Shown here in pieces: positions 21,859 to 33,130 of a stretch of DNA of 64,000 nucleotides; the stretch's first letter is position 1, and each line of letters starts with the position of its first letter. The translations under genes were made by a program, and so were the position numbers. Origin of the DNA: Polyangiaceae bacterium (lineage in GTDB: Bacteria; Myxococcota_A; Polyangia; Polyangiales; Polyangiaceae); NCBI GenBank assembly GCA_965222375.1, contig CBDCTZ010000016.1:2528001-2592000 (forward strand). Direction: 5' to 3'. The notes under the pieces were generated by a model that was given only the letters and a program-made list of their open reading frames with translations, ran no database searches and was not told the DNA's origin.

Positions 21859-21874
21859 CGGCATGATCCATGCA
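21859..21874 (+). promoter_or_regulatory. Candidate sigma54 promoter for beta-helix gene 3
   Basis: CGGCATGATCCATGCA (GG-N10-GC). Confidence 0.55.
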
Positions 21875-21887
21875 CTCTCAACCGCCG

Positions 21888-23444
21888 ATGAAAGCGACCT
21901 ACATGCGATCCAGTACTCGGCCCCAGATGCCGCTTCCCCTGTGCCTGGGTATGATCTCCGCGCTTGGTTTCTTCTTGCTTGCCAGCTCGGGAACGGCATG
22001 CAGTTCCCACGTCGGCGAGCAACAGCCTAGCTCTGGGGGGGCAGCCGCCAAGGGGTCGGGAGGCGCTGGAACAGCCGGCACCAGCGCGGGTGGCGCAAGC
22101 GGTCAAGGGGCAGGCGGTCAGGGGGCAGGCGGTCAGGGGATGGCAGGAGCCACGGGTTGCTCACCCGAATCCCTGGACAACGCCGGCATTCAAGCACCCG
22201 TCGAGGCGGGGGCTATCAAGCGAACCATCTGCAAAAGTGGTTGCGATTACTCGACGATCAAGGCTGCGTTCGCCGCGGCCAAGCCTGGATGGACCCTTCA
22301 GCTACGGGCAGGCACCTACAAAGAGCGCGTCTACCTAACCAAGACGTGGGGAGCAGAGGGCAAACCGATCAGCTTGGTAGCCTATCCAGGCGAAGCGCCG
22401 GTGTGGGATAATTCCAAAGACCCGTCTTTGGAGAGCCAGCTCACCGTAGTGACGAGCGGGTGGCTCTTGGTCGACGGCATCACGTTTCGCAATTCGTTTA
22501 GAAGCTCGATCGATATCTGGGACGGCTCCGGGCACATCACAATCCAGAACTGCCGAATCGAGAACTCACAGGCAATGGGGATGTTCGTCGTGAACAGCAA
22601 CCACATTCTCATTCAGAAGAACAGCTTCATCAACAATGGAACACTGACCGGGAAGCTCCATTTCAAGAACGGACATCCGATCAAACATCATATCTATATC
22701 TCGCATTCAGATCGCCCAAGCCCACATACTTGCACCGGAGTCGACAGCGTCACGATCAGGAACAACTGGCTCGAACGCACGGAAGGAATGGGCGTACATG
22801 TCAATGGCCTTAGTTGCGTCAAGAAGAACTCGCCCAAGAAGATAAGGAAGCTAGTCTTTGCGAACAACATCGTAGTCGACGGATCGAGTGGCTTCAGCCT
22901 ACACGGCGGGATCACCGAGAGTCGCTACGTCAACAACACCATTATCCTAAGGACTTGGTTGAAGCCAACCCTCAGCCGCCCCTCCGCAATGATCTTGAAT
23001 GCTCAGGTGACCAAGACAATCGTTGCGAACAATATCTTTTATACATCCGCGAGCGACGGTGCCAAGGTCCACGGCTATTGGTCCTGGAACAGTAGCGGCT
23101 TTAGCGACAACGCAATAAACTACAACCTCTATCGACTCACCAACACCGAGTACAGCTTGGGGGGCAGCGTGTTCAAGAAGGACTTTGAGCACAACTTTAG
23201 CAATGAGACCGGATACGGAACCAAAGACCTATGTTGCAATGTGGACCCCCGATTCGTCAATGTTCCAACCAGCGCGCCTTCATCACCACAAGGGCCGGGC
23301 AAGCTAGACGTAGCGCTCAAGGCAGGCTCACCTGCGATTGATGCAGCCAATCCGATTCATTGCCCGGAGATTGACTTCAGGGGCATTCCGCGTACATGCG
23401 GAGGCGTTTGCGACCTAGGCGCGATGGAGCGGATGGCGGAATAA
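21888..23444 (+). CDS. Right-handed beta-helix lipoprotein with choice-of-anchor-Q-like C-terminus
   Basis: SGTAC lipobox, GGQGA linker repeats, DYSTIKAA...LRAGTYKE, LKAGSPAIDA...DFRGIPR..CDLGAME. Confidence 0.85.
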   Translation: MKATYMRSSTRPQMPLPLCLGMISALGFFLLASSGTACSSHVGEQQPSSGGAAAKGSGGAGTAGTSAGGASGQGAGGQGAGGQGMAGATGCSPESLDNAGIQAPVEAGAIKRTICKSGCDYSTIKAAFAAAKPGWTLQLRAGTYKERVYLTKTWGAEGKPISLVAYPGEAPVWDNSKDPSLESQLTVVTSGWLLVDGITFRNSFRSSIDIWDGSGHITIQNCRIENSQAMGMFVVNSNHILIQKNSFINNGTLTGKLHFKNGHPIKHHIYISHSDRPSPHTCTGVDSVTIRNNWLERTEGMGVHVNGLSCVKKNSPKKIRKLVFANNIVVDGSSGFSLHGGITESRYVNNTIILRTWLKPTLSRPSAMILNAQVTKTIVANNIFYTSASDGAKVHGYWSWNSSGFSDNAINYNLYRLTNTEYSLGGSVFKKDFEHNFSNETGYGTKDLCCNVDPRFVNVPTSAPSSPQGPGKLDVALKAGSPAIDAANPIHCPEIDFRGIPRTCGGVCDLGAMERMAE

Positions 23445-23747
23445 CAAGCCGGGAGAGGGACGAAGGTCCAATCACGCTCCTGCAAGGTGCACACCTCGCC
23501 CGTACGTCGTTCCAATCCACGATCATGGGTGCACCGGGAGTGGCATCCTCTACATTGCGATGGAGGTACTCGAGGGCCGATCCTGAACCAGAGCGCAAGG
23601 TGATCTTGGTCTTTGTCCAAGAAGCCGCTGCAGGTCGCTACCGGCAGCGGTGACCAACTGGTGGGCGGCGGCACCGGCGGTTCTGCCGGCGAGCCAATTT
23701 CCACATACTCCTGTTGGAAAACCGGATCACCGGGCCCTCGAGCTGGG

Positions 23748-24986
23748 TTAGCGCGCACCAGTACGCGAGCGGCGTTGCCGACCCTTGGGCAGCGCGAGCC
23801 TCACCGAGTCATAGCCATAGCGCTCTCGGATCCCGTCGACGGTGCGATGCAGGGACTCGTGGTCGGCAAATAGCGGCAGCTGTTCGTCGTAAAAGCCGAG
23901 ATTCGACAGTGCTAGCCCCAGCAGCCGGATTGGCATGCGCCGAGTTCGCGCGCGTCGAAACATGTCGCTGACCACCGGATAGAGCTCGAGCTCCGAGTGG
24001 GTGGGGGTCAGGGTCTTGCTGCGATTCAAGGTCCGAAAGTCCGCGTAGCGGAGTTTGAGGCTCACCGTGCGCGCCTTGATGCCCCGCTTGCGCGCGCGCC
24101 AGCAGACGCGTTCACACAAGGAGCACAGCATGCCCTCGATGCTGTTGGGGTCGGAAACATCTTCGCGGAAAGTGCGTTCGTTCGAGATGCTCCCCACCAA
24201 CTGGCCCTCGGGATCGTACTCCTGAAACGCCGGGCGTTCGCGACCGAACTTGCTGGTGCCTTCTCCAAGCGCACCCCGCTGCATCTTCTCGCAAAAGGCT
24301 CCGAAGATGCGCCGCACCTTGGCTCCGGGCGCTCGGGCCAGTTGCCCCAAGGTTTCGACACCGATTTCGGCGAGCTTGCGCTCGGCCACAGGACCGATGC
24401 CAGGAAACTTGCGGACCGACAGGGGTGCCAGCGTGGTCCGCTCCGCGCCTGCGGGCACCAAGAGCACCCCAGCTGGCTTCGCGAGTCCGCTGGCAATCTT
24501 GGCCATCTGGCGGCTCGTTCCGATCCCGGCGCTGGCGGGCAGCCCCCACTGAGCGGCGATGTCTCCGGTCAGCTGGCGCACGGTGCGTTCGATGGTGGCG
24601 TCGGCGTTGCCGTCGCCGGGTTTGGCGTAGAGGTTCTCGCAGCCCGCGAAGTCGATGTACATCTCGTCGATGCTGGCGGCCTGCACCACCGGGCTGTAGT
24701 TCGAGGCGATTTCCCGAACCCGTTTGGAGTACTTGCTGTACTCGCCGTGTCGCGTCGGCAGGAAAACGGCGTGGGGTGCCAGTTCGTAGGCTTTGGTCAG
24801 CGACATGCCCGAGCGCACGCCAAACTCCCGTACCTCATAACTACAGGCGGTCACGACTCCTCGCTGACCGGCGTGGCCACCGACCACCACCGGCTTACCG
24901 ACGAGGCTCGGGTCGAAGAGGCGCTCCACGGACACGAAGAAGGTATCCAGATCGAGACAGCAGATCCGAGGCGCCGCGCGAGTCAT
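23748..24986 (-). CDS. dinB: DNA polymerase IV
   Basis: CLDLDTFFVSVE, CSYEVREFGVRSGM, SIDEMYID, AKIASGLAKP, RTVSLKLRYADF. Confidence 0.95.
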   Translation of the reverse strand: MTRAAPRICCLDLDTFFVSVERLFDPSLVGKPVVVGGHAGQRGVVTACSYEVREFGVRSGMSLTKAYELAPHAVFLPTRHGEYSKYSKRVREIASNYSPVVQAASIDEMYIDFAGCENLYAKPGDGNADATIERTVRQLTGDIAAQWGLPASAGIGTSRQMAKIASGLAKPAGVLLVPAGAERTTLAPLSVRKFPGIGPVAERKLAEIGVETLGQLARAPGAKVRRIFGAFCEKMQRGALGEGTSKFGRERPAFQEYDPEGQLVGSISNERTFREDVSDPNSIEGMLCSLCERVCWRARKRGIKARTVSLKLRYADFRTLNRSKTLTPTHSELELYPVVSDMFRRARTRRMPIRLLGLALSNLGFYDEQLPLFADHESLHRTVDGIRERYGYDSVRLALPKGRQRRSRTGAR

Positions 24987-24998
24987 GGCGGGTCGACC

Positions 24999-25027
24999 AG
25001 GGTATACTGAACGAATATTTAGTTCAA
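24999..25027 (-). promoter_or_regulatory. dinB promoter with Myxococcus-type LexA box
   Basis: Minus strand TTGAAC-N17-TACCCT. CTAAATATTCGTTCAG (25022-25007) matches CTRHAMRYBYGTTCAG at 15/16 positions. Confidence 0.75.
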
Positions 25028-25245
25028 GGGATCGGGGGTTTTTTGGGGTCGAGAGCTGGGTCGGGCTGGGGCCCTACTCCCGAGGCTGCGGCACGCGGCT
25101 CGGTCGATTCGAAGCGTCGGAGGTGGCTGAGACCGAAGGCGTGGACGTGCAGCTCACCACCGGCGGATTGCGCGGTTGCGCGTCCCTGAGCGGGTCTGGG
25201 GCCGCTCCGACCCAGCTCTGGTTTTGTGGTGGCGCTCACGCCGGC

Positions 25246-25530
25246 GTCATGGTGGGGCAGGGAGTTGGTGTGGCAGGTTATGTGACGGTGACCGGCCTCC
25301 ACGACGGAACCAATGTCGACGTGCGCGTCGGATCCAAGGAGTTAGTGCTAGCCGGTGGTGGCATCAGTGGCACCGGCGCAGGCGGTGTCGTCTCGTTTCC
25401 GATCAGCAAAGGGGAGGTGGTCCGCCTGGTAGGCACCCCCGAGACGGATCTGGCACTTTGGTGAAGGCGACCAAGCCGGTACAGGTCATGACCGGAGTAC
25501 CGCATATTTACCTGCCTTTCGATCTGGGAT
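25246..25530 (+). pseudogene. Frameshifted fragment of an IgGFc-binding-domain protein
   Basis: YVTVTGLHDGTNVDV...LAGGGI...GEVVRLVG...DL, then a frameshift near 25450, then GTLVKATKPVQVMTGVP. Confidence 0.65.
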
Positions 25531-25608
25531 CTTCCTCCACTGCCCCCGGTCAGATAGGGGACGCTCGGGTGGCTGGTTGCGTTTGCTGCGATGCGGTAGT
25601 CGGGGTGG

Positions 25609-26049
25609 ATGTCTCGCTTGCAGCCATCCACGGAGCTTCCGTGGAGTCTCCGACGCTCCACGGGCGAACGATTGGGCCGGATCTGGCCCATCTCCGAGCA
25701 GCTGAACTTTGGCGCGCTCCGCTTTCACCGTGAGCTTCTGCCGAAGGGCCACCGCTCTTCACCTCCCCATCGCCATTCCGCTCGTGAAGAGGTCGTCTAC
25801 GTTCTGCGTGGTCATCCGTCGGTGTGGCAGGACGGTGACCGCTCGCGCCTCAGCCCCGGCGACGTGATGGGGTTCGCGCCCGGCGGGGGCTTCCACATGG
25901 TGTTCAATGATTCCGATGACGATGTCGAGCTACTCGTCGCGAGTGCCGTGAGCGGAGAGGACCGCGTCGATTTTTGCCCGGAGGATCCCTGGGAACCCGT
26001 CGAAGGAGATCCGTCGAGGTCAGAACTGCCCGACGATGCCCAAACCTAA
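25609..26049 (+). CDS. Cupin domain protein
   Basis: LLPKGHRSSPPHRHSAREEVVYVLRG...LSPGD..GF...FHMVFNDS. Confidence 0.85.
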   Translation: MSRLQPSTELPWSLRRSTGERLGRIWPISEQLNFGALRFHRELLPKGHRSSPPHRHSAREEVVYVLRGHPSVWQDGDRSRLSPGDVMGFAPGGGFHMVFNDSDDDVELLVASAVSGEDRVDFCPEDPWEPVEGDPSRSELPDDAQT

Positions 26050-26553
26050 GCCGTCTTTGCCGGCAACGAAGGGCACGGGGCGCCACTCTAATTTCGCGTC
26101 TTCGCGCTTGAGGCGGATGGGCGGGAGCTTCTTGCGTCGTGGCGCGGCTTCTTGGGTCGACATGGCGGCGGCTTCGACCATCACGGCGACGCCACCGGTC
26201 TGGCCCACGGCATCCATCGTCGTGAGGATGGCGCGGAGGACGACGGTGAAGGTGCTGCAATTCGGGTCGTCGTCGGCGCAGCCTGTGTCCGCGAGCGCCA
26301 TCCAGGGGCCCACCACGGGGATACGCAGGTCATTGGCTCCCGGAGCGTCGGGCCAGAGGTACGAAAAACCCACGGCAGCGCCGTACCAGGCTGCGGTGGC
26401 GCCAGCGCCCGCGATCAGCAGATTCCAGCGCGCGTGAGGTGGTGGATAGTCGCCGGGGTCGAAGCGCTCCGGGCGCACCGGCTCGTCTGCCATCCCATGA
26501 GGGGCGACGAGCTGCACACCGAGCAGGAAAGCCAGGGCCGAAGCGAAACGCAT
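26020..26553 (-). CDS. Hypothetical exported/membrane protein
   Basis: Signal peptide, IPVVGPWMAL motif, terminal GLGIVGQF. Confidence 0.7.
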   Translation of the reverse strand: MRFASALAFLLGVQLVAPHGMADEPVRPERFDPGDYPPPHARWNLLIAGAGATAAWYGAAVGFSYLWPDAPGANDLRIPVVGPWMALADTGCADDDPNCSTFTVVLRAILTTMDAVGQTGGVAVMVEAAAMSTQEAAPRRKKLPPIRLKREDAKLEWRPVPFVAGKDGLGLGIVGQF

Positions 26554-26651
26554 CTGAGCCGCCTTGTGGCTCACAATCCCCTTGGAATCAAGGACTTGCG
26601 AGCTTCCGGGCAAAGCGGCGCAAATCCACCAGAAAAGCGCTCCGAGGTGGC

Positions 26652-28178
26652 TCAGGGCAGGGAGGCGAGGGTCAGCCAACGACCTTCGGCACTGAGGGAA
26701 AAGCCTCGCGCCCGGTCCGAGGTGACGGCCACTTGGTCCTCGTGCCACAGCGGGATCACCGGTAGCTCCTTTTGCATCAAGCGCGCGAGCTTGCCGTAGA
26801 ACAGACGGCGAACGCCGATGTCGCGGTCGCCCCCGGCTTTGTCCAACAGCTCGCCGGCATCTGGGTGTCGCCAGCGCGCGCGGTTCTTTCCGATGCCGCC
26901 TTCGCCGGGTACGCCTTTGGGGTGGAAGAACCAGCTGAGCAGATGCGGCTCCGTGAGCTCCGGCATTTGCAGAGTCGCCATGTCGAAGTCACCGGCATCC
27001 AGACGCGCTAGGAGTACGCCGAAATCCAGACTGACCACTTGTACTTGCACCCCGGCGTCGCCGAGCATCTGCGCGATTGCGCGCGCGAGGGTGATGCGGG
27101 CGCGATCCGTACTGGTTAGCAGGGTCAGTGGACGCAGCCCGGACAGAACGGCGTGAGCGGCTTTGGGGTCGTAGGGTAGAGGCTGTGCTGGCGTGTACGC
27201 CCAGTGGCCCTTCGGGAAAATCCAGCGGGCCGTTTGCGCCCGCCCGGCCATGAGGGTGCGTACGATGGTTTCGCGGTCGATGGCTTGGGCCAGGGCGTGG
27301 CGCACTTCTCGGCGCTTGAAGGGCGGTCGGTCATTTTGCATCAACAAATAGGTGACGTTTGCGCCGGCCCGGGCGTTCAACGACAGGTGTTTGCGTTGCT
27401 CCAGAGCTGGTAAAAGCGCTGGGGAAATCGCGTTCGGGGCGATGTCCGCACGCCCCGCGAGCAGGCGCAAGGCTCTAGCGTTTTCGTCCCGCACGGTGCG
27501 AATCACCGCGCCGCGATTGGGTTTGAAAGAAGCGCTGAACTCCGCGGGTTCGAGAATGGCCTCCGTGGGGCTGGAACGCTCCAGCCGATAGGGGCCCAAT
27601 CCGTCCAGATCGCCGAGAGGCCGAGGAGGCAGTCGCACCTGGTCTCGACGCAAGATGGGTACTTCCAGATCCGTGAGCAGCGTTGCTCGGGGCTCGGCGA
27701 GCTTGATGGTCAGCTTGGTCGGCGAGCGAGGCGTGCAGCTTCCGATGGCGCGCACCACAGCGCGATGGGGGCTTCCAAGCTCGGGGTCCTTGAGGGCTTC
27801 GATGGTCGCACAAACGTCTTCGGGGCCGAGGGGTGCGCCACTGTGGAAGCGAGCGTTGGGGCGTAGCTGTACGTCGAGGGTGCGTTCATCTACGTACTTC
27901 CAAGAACTCGCCACCAAGGGGATCGGGGCCAGCGTGTTCTCGTCCAAACCGACCAAACCCGCGTGCACCAGGCGCGTGACCTTGATGTCGAAGCCGCGGG
28001 TCGAAAAGCGCGGGTCCAGGGTCGAGAGCTCCTGGGGAATGACGAGCTCGTAGGGACGGTCCGCGGAATCCTTGTTTGAAGTGCAGCCGGCGCACAGCGC
28101 CGTGAGCGCGATGAGGCTCGCTGCGGCTGCCAGCATTCCGTTCTTGGTCGGGCGCAATGACTTCAACTCGCCTTTCAT
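26652..28178 (-). CDS. ABC transporter substrate-binding protein, family 5 (peptide/nickel)
   Basis: ALCAGC lipobox, TLDPRF, ARFHSGAPL...DV, GLGPYRL, VRHALAQAIDRE, ELPVIPLW. Start uncertain. Confidence 0.9.
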   Translation of the reverse strand: MKGELKSLRPTKNGMLAAAASLIALTALCAGCTSNKDSADRPYELVIPQELSTLDPRFSTRGFDIKVTRLVHAGLVGLDENTLAPIPLVASSWKYVDERTLDVQLRPNARFHSGAPLGPEDVCATIEALKDPELGSPHRAVVRAIGSCTPRSPTKLTIKLAEPRATLLTDLEVPILRRDQVRLPPRPLGDLDGLGPYRLERSSPTEAILEPAEFSASFKPNRGAVIRTVRDENARALRLLAGRADIAPNAISPALLPALEQRKHLSLNARAGANVTYLLMQNDRPPFKRREVRHALAQAIDRETIVRTLMAGRAQTARWIFPKGHWAYTPAQPLPYDPKAAHAVLSGLRPLTLLTSTDRARITLARAIAQMLGDAGVQVQVVSLDFGVLLARLDAGDFDMATLQMPELTEPHLLSWFFHPKGVPGEGGIGKNRARWRHPDAGELLDKAGGDRDIGVRRLFYGKLARLMQKELPVIPLWHEDQVAVTSDRARGFSLSAEGRWLTLASLP

Positions 28179-28235
28179 AGCAGAGCCGGGCCTTTGGGGT
28201 GGAATACCCGGAGCAAGGGAGCTACCCCTAGTTCC

Positions 28236-29696
28236 ATGCGCCGGCTCATCACTGGCTTGGGGGCGGCGGCTGCCCTCAACGCTCTGCTCGGTCATCCCGC
28301 GATGGCGCAGCAGCCGAGTGCTCCGCCAAGCGCGTCGCAATCCGAAACGGCACGTGCGGCGCTACAGAAAGAGCTGCAAACCCTGTCGAGCTGGGTGAAG
28401 AAGAAGCGCGGGCGGTTGAGCGCCAGCTTCGTGGACGTAGATAGTGGGAAAGTCCTGGCGGAGCAAAACCCGCAGCTATCCCTCAACCCAGCGTCGAACG
28501 TGAAGTTACTGACCGCCGCGGCAGCGCTGGACTCCCTGGGGCCCGGGCGCCGCTTCCGCACCATCGTGTACGGAGACATCCGCCGCGGCACCGCGCGGCG
28601 GCTGGTACTGAAAAGCGACGGTGATCCGGACCTGCGCGCCGAGCACCTGGATGGCTTGGCCCACCAATTGGTCCAACAAGGGCTCAAGCGAGTGGCCGGC
28701 GATGTGGTGGTCGACGCATCGGCCTTCGACGCCAAGATCCTGCCCCCGGGCTTCGCCGCCCAGCCCAAAGAACGTGCGGCTTTCCGCGCGCCCGTGTGGG
28801 CGGTGTCGGTCGATCGCAACGCGGTGACCGTCTTCGTGGCGCCCGCTGCGGAAGGTGAGCCCGCGCAGGTGTGGGCCACGCCCGTCGGAGCGGTCACCGT
28901 CGTCGGCGCCGTGTCCACCGGGCCGAGGGGAAGCGGGCAAAAGGTCCGCCTGAACCTGCAGCAGCAAAATGGCCGAGTTACAGCGGTTGTTGGGGGCAGC
29001 ATCGCTGCGGGCCTCTCGAGGCAGCGCTTTCGGCGTCGGATTGCTGACCCGACCCCGTGGGCAGGCGTCGTGTTTGCCCAGAGCTTGCGGCGTGCCGGCA
29101 TTTCAGTCCCCGGCAGCGTGCGAGCCGGCAAGGCCGCGGGCCGGGTGTTGGTGCAGCGGGAGTCTCAGCCCGTGCGGGTGCTCTTGCACGCATTGGGCAA
29201 GAAGAGCGACAACTTCGTGGCCGAGATGCTGCTGAAGAGTCTGGGGGCGCAGGCCACAGGGCGCCCAGGCAGCAGCGCCGCTGGGGCTGCCGCGGCCGAG
29301 CAGTTCGCCACGAAGCTCGGGCTGCCAAAGTCGCAAGTGAAGATAAACAACGGGTCGGGGCTCTTCGATGGAGGCCGCGCCAGTGCGCGGGCGCTCACCA
29401 CGTTGCTCGCCCGGGTGCACCGCGATCCGCGGCTTGGGCCGGAGTTCATGGCTCAGCTGTCGATCGGTGGGGTCGACGGCACGTTGCGGTCACGTTTTCG
29501 CGACCAAGCCAAGTCTCGACGTATTCGCGCCAAGACGGGCACCCTGGCCCGAGTGATCGCGCTGTCCGGCTACGTGTTGAACGACAAGGGGCGAGGGCCC
29601 ATTGCGTTCTCGCTGCTGGCCGAGGGGACCCGGGCGAGCCACGCCCAGATCCGCGCGGGCATGGATCGCGTCGTGCAGCGTGCACTGGCGCCCTGA
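28236..29696 (+). CDS. dacB: D-Ala-D-Ala carboxypeptidase/endopeptidase (PBP4, S13)
   Basis: PASNVK (SxxK), KSDNF (SxN), AKTGTL, NGSGL. Confidence 0.92.
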   Translation: MRRLITGLGAAAALNALLGHPAMAQQPSAPPSASQSETARAALQKELQTLSSWVKKKRGRLSASFVDVDSGKVLAEQNPQLSLNPASNVKLLTAAAALDSLGPGRRFRTIVYGDIRRGTARRLVLKSDGDPDLRAEHLDGLAHQLVQQGLKRVAGDVVVDASAFDAKILPPGFAAQPKERAAFRAPVWAVSVDRNAVTVFVAPAAEGEPAQVWATPVGAVTVVGAVSTGPRGSGQKVRLNLQQQNGRVTAVVGGSIAAGLSRQRFRRRIADPTPWAGVVFAQSLRRAGISVPGSVRAGKAAGRVLVQRESQPVRVLLHALGKKSDNFVAEMLLKSLGAQATGRPGSSAAGAAAAEQFATKLGLPKSQVKINNGSGLFDGGRASARALTTLLARVHRDPRLGPEFMAQLSIGGVDGTLRSRFRDQAKSRRIRAKTGTLARVIALSGYVLNDKGRGPIAFSLLAEGTRASHAQIRAGMDRVVQRALAP

Positions 29697-29804
29697 CGCA
29701 AGGCGCCGGCTCGGCCGGTGGCGCCTTACGTAATGCCAGGGCGCAGCGCTGAGCCGGTGAGCCACAAAGTCGCTACAAACCCAACCAGAACCCGCCCACA
29801 AACG

Positions 29805-29844
29805 GCAAAAACGCCCGCGCCTGGGGGTGGCGCGAGCGTTTTGC
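29805..29844. terminator. Probable bidirectional intrinsic terminator between dacB and the oxidase operon
   Basis: gcaaaaacgcccgcgcc-tgggggt-ggcgcgagcgttttgc. Confidence 0.65.
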
Positions 29845-29860
29845 TCCAAGCGGTGCCGGC

Positions 29861-30460
29861 TTACTCTGCGGCCTCGAGGGCCTTCATGTCGGCTTCTTTG
29901 GCTTCGATCTCGTGATGGTATTCCCTGTGGTCGGCAATGGCCAACCCGAGGAACAGGATCAAGAACAACACGGACGTCAGAAACGCCATCAGGTGGAACT
30001 TTTTGTCCCAGATCAAGTGCATGAAGAACGCGCCGACCAAACCGGCCTTGATGGTTGCGATGACCATGGCGACGACCAGGTTCCACTGAGAGCCGAGATC
30101 CACCGACGTGACCGCCACGGTCGCGATGGTGAGTACCAGCAGGACCGCGAGCACGCCCACCAGAAGCTTCACAGACATCACGTGCGCAAAGCCATGGTGC
30201 TCGTCGTCGCCATGGCCTGACTCGGCCTGCGCGGAGCTGGCGCTCGGCTTGGCCGCTGCGGGCGCCACCTGAGGGGGCTTTGCCGTCTCGATGTCTTCCT
30301 GGTCGTCCTCGTCCTCGTCCTCACCCGCCGGGGGCGGATTGGATTCGGCCAGTTCCCGCTCGGCCTCGGCACGCTTGGCGTCGATGGTCTCTACGGAAGT
30401 CTTGACCTCTTCTTCTTCTTCCTCGGGGGGAATCGAGCCGTTATTTTCGTCGTCTGCCAT
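29861..30460 (-). CDS. ctaF: Cytochrome c oxidase subunit IV with acidic N-terminal extension
   Basis: LLVLTIATV...IATIKAGLVGAFFMHLIWD. Confidence 0.88.
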   Translation of the reverse strand: MADDENNGSIPPEEEEEEVKTSVETIDAKRAEAERELAESNPPPAGEDEDEDDQEDIETAKPPQVAPAAAKPSASSAQAESGHGDDEHHGFAHVMSVKLLVGVLAVLLVLTIATVAVTSVDLGSQWNLVVAMVIATIKAGLVGAFFMHLIWDKKFHLMAFLTSVLFLILFLGLAIADHREYHHEIEAKEADMKALEAAE

Positions 30461-30481
30461 CGGTCTTCTCTTAATGAGACC

Positions 30482-31420
30482 TCAGTGAATGAGGTACAGC
30501 AACGGGAACAGGTAGATCCAGATCAGGTCGACCAAGTGCCAATACAGAGCGGCAAAGTCGATTGGTCCGAAGTAGTTTTCGTTGAACACGCCCTTGGTGG
30601 CCCGTATCAAGAGCCATACCCAGACCCCTATGCCGATCAGCACGTGTAATCCGTGCAACCCGGTCATGAAGAAGTAGATGCCGAAGAACGTGGCGGTGCG
30701 GTTGGGCGGCGCCATGTTCACGTCGCCGCTTGCGGGATCGAGTAAGCCAGCGTGAATCAGTGGCGTCTTCGCCTTTTTGGGTAAGGTCCGCGCGAACGCC
30801 CGCTGGGCCGCCTTGGGGTCGTTGTCGTCAGTTTTGGGCGCGAGGCCCAGGCCGACCAGGGTCTCGGCGGCCTGGGTGGCCTCCGGGTACTTGGTCTTGA
30901 AGGGTTCGGTTTCCCAAGCCATCTGAGTTGGTGCGAAGCGCTTGCCTGGAAGCAGGCCATCGTGGAACTTGTGACTGTATTCCACGTACTTGATGCCCAT
31001 GAAGGTGCTGGCGCACAAGATCGTAACCACGATATTCAGCACCAGGCCCTGCTTGTTGCGCATCTGAGCACAACGCACCGCCCAGGCAGCAGACAGGCTG
31101 CTGACGAGCAGCACCACGGTGTTGATCGCGCCCCACTTGGTATCCAAGAAGAAGTGGGCGTAATAGAAGACTTCTGGGTGTTGTGCACGGTACAGCGCGT
31201 AGGCGCAGAACAGGCCTGCGAAGAACAGCACCTCGGTGACGAGGAACAACCAAATACCGAGCTTGCCCGTTTCGAACTGCTGCTGGGGAGTGTCGAAGTG
31301 GTGCGCTAGAAACGGGTATTTGCTGTGAGCCTCGTGCCCGTCGTCTTCGTGAGCCCCGGCGCCTAGGGGGGGCGCGTGGGACCCCGCCGTGGACGTATCG
31401 TGCTGTGTTGCTTCCGCCAT
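30482..31420 (-). CDS. ctaE: Cytochrome c oxidase subunit III
   Basis: LGIWLFLVTEVLFF, YFFMTGLHGLHV, LYWHLVDLIW. Confidence 0.95.
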   Translation of the reverse strand: MAEATQHDTSTAGSHAPPLGAGAHEDDGHEAHSKYPFLAHHFDTPQQQFETGKLGIWLFLVTEVLFFAGLFCAYALYRAQHPEVFYYAHFFLDTKWGAINTVVLLVSSLSAAWAVRCAQMRNKQGLVLNIVVTILCASTFMGIKYVEYSHKFHDGLLPGKRFAPTQMAWETEPFKTKYPEATQAAETLVGLGLAPKTDDNDPKAAQRAFARTLPKKAKTPLIHAGLLDPASGDVNMAPPNRTATFFGIYFFMTGLHGLHVLIGIGVWVWLLIRATKGVFNENYFGPIDFAALYWHLVDLIWIYLFPLLYLIH

Positions 31421-31439
31421 GGGGATTGCTTCCTCAGCG

Positions 31440-33119
<1,680 letters not shown>

Positions 33120-33130
33120 CGTTCGGTCCT

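Noticed and set aside
23445..23747. Possible gene remnant downstream of dinB
   Set aside because: Short protein-like fragments in several frames, none assignable to a family.
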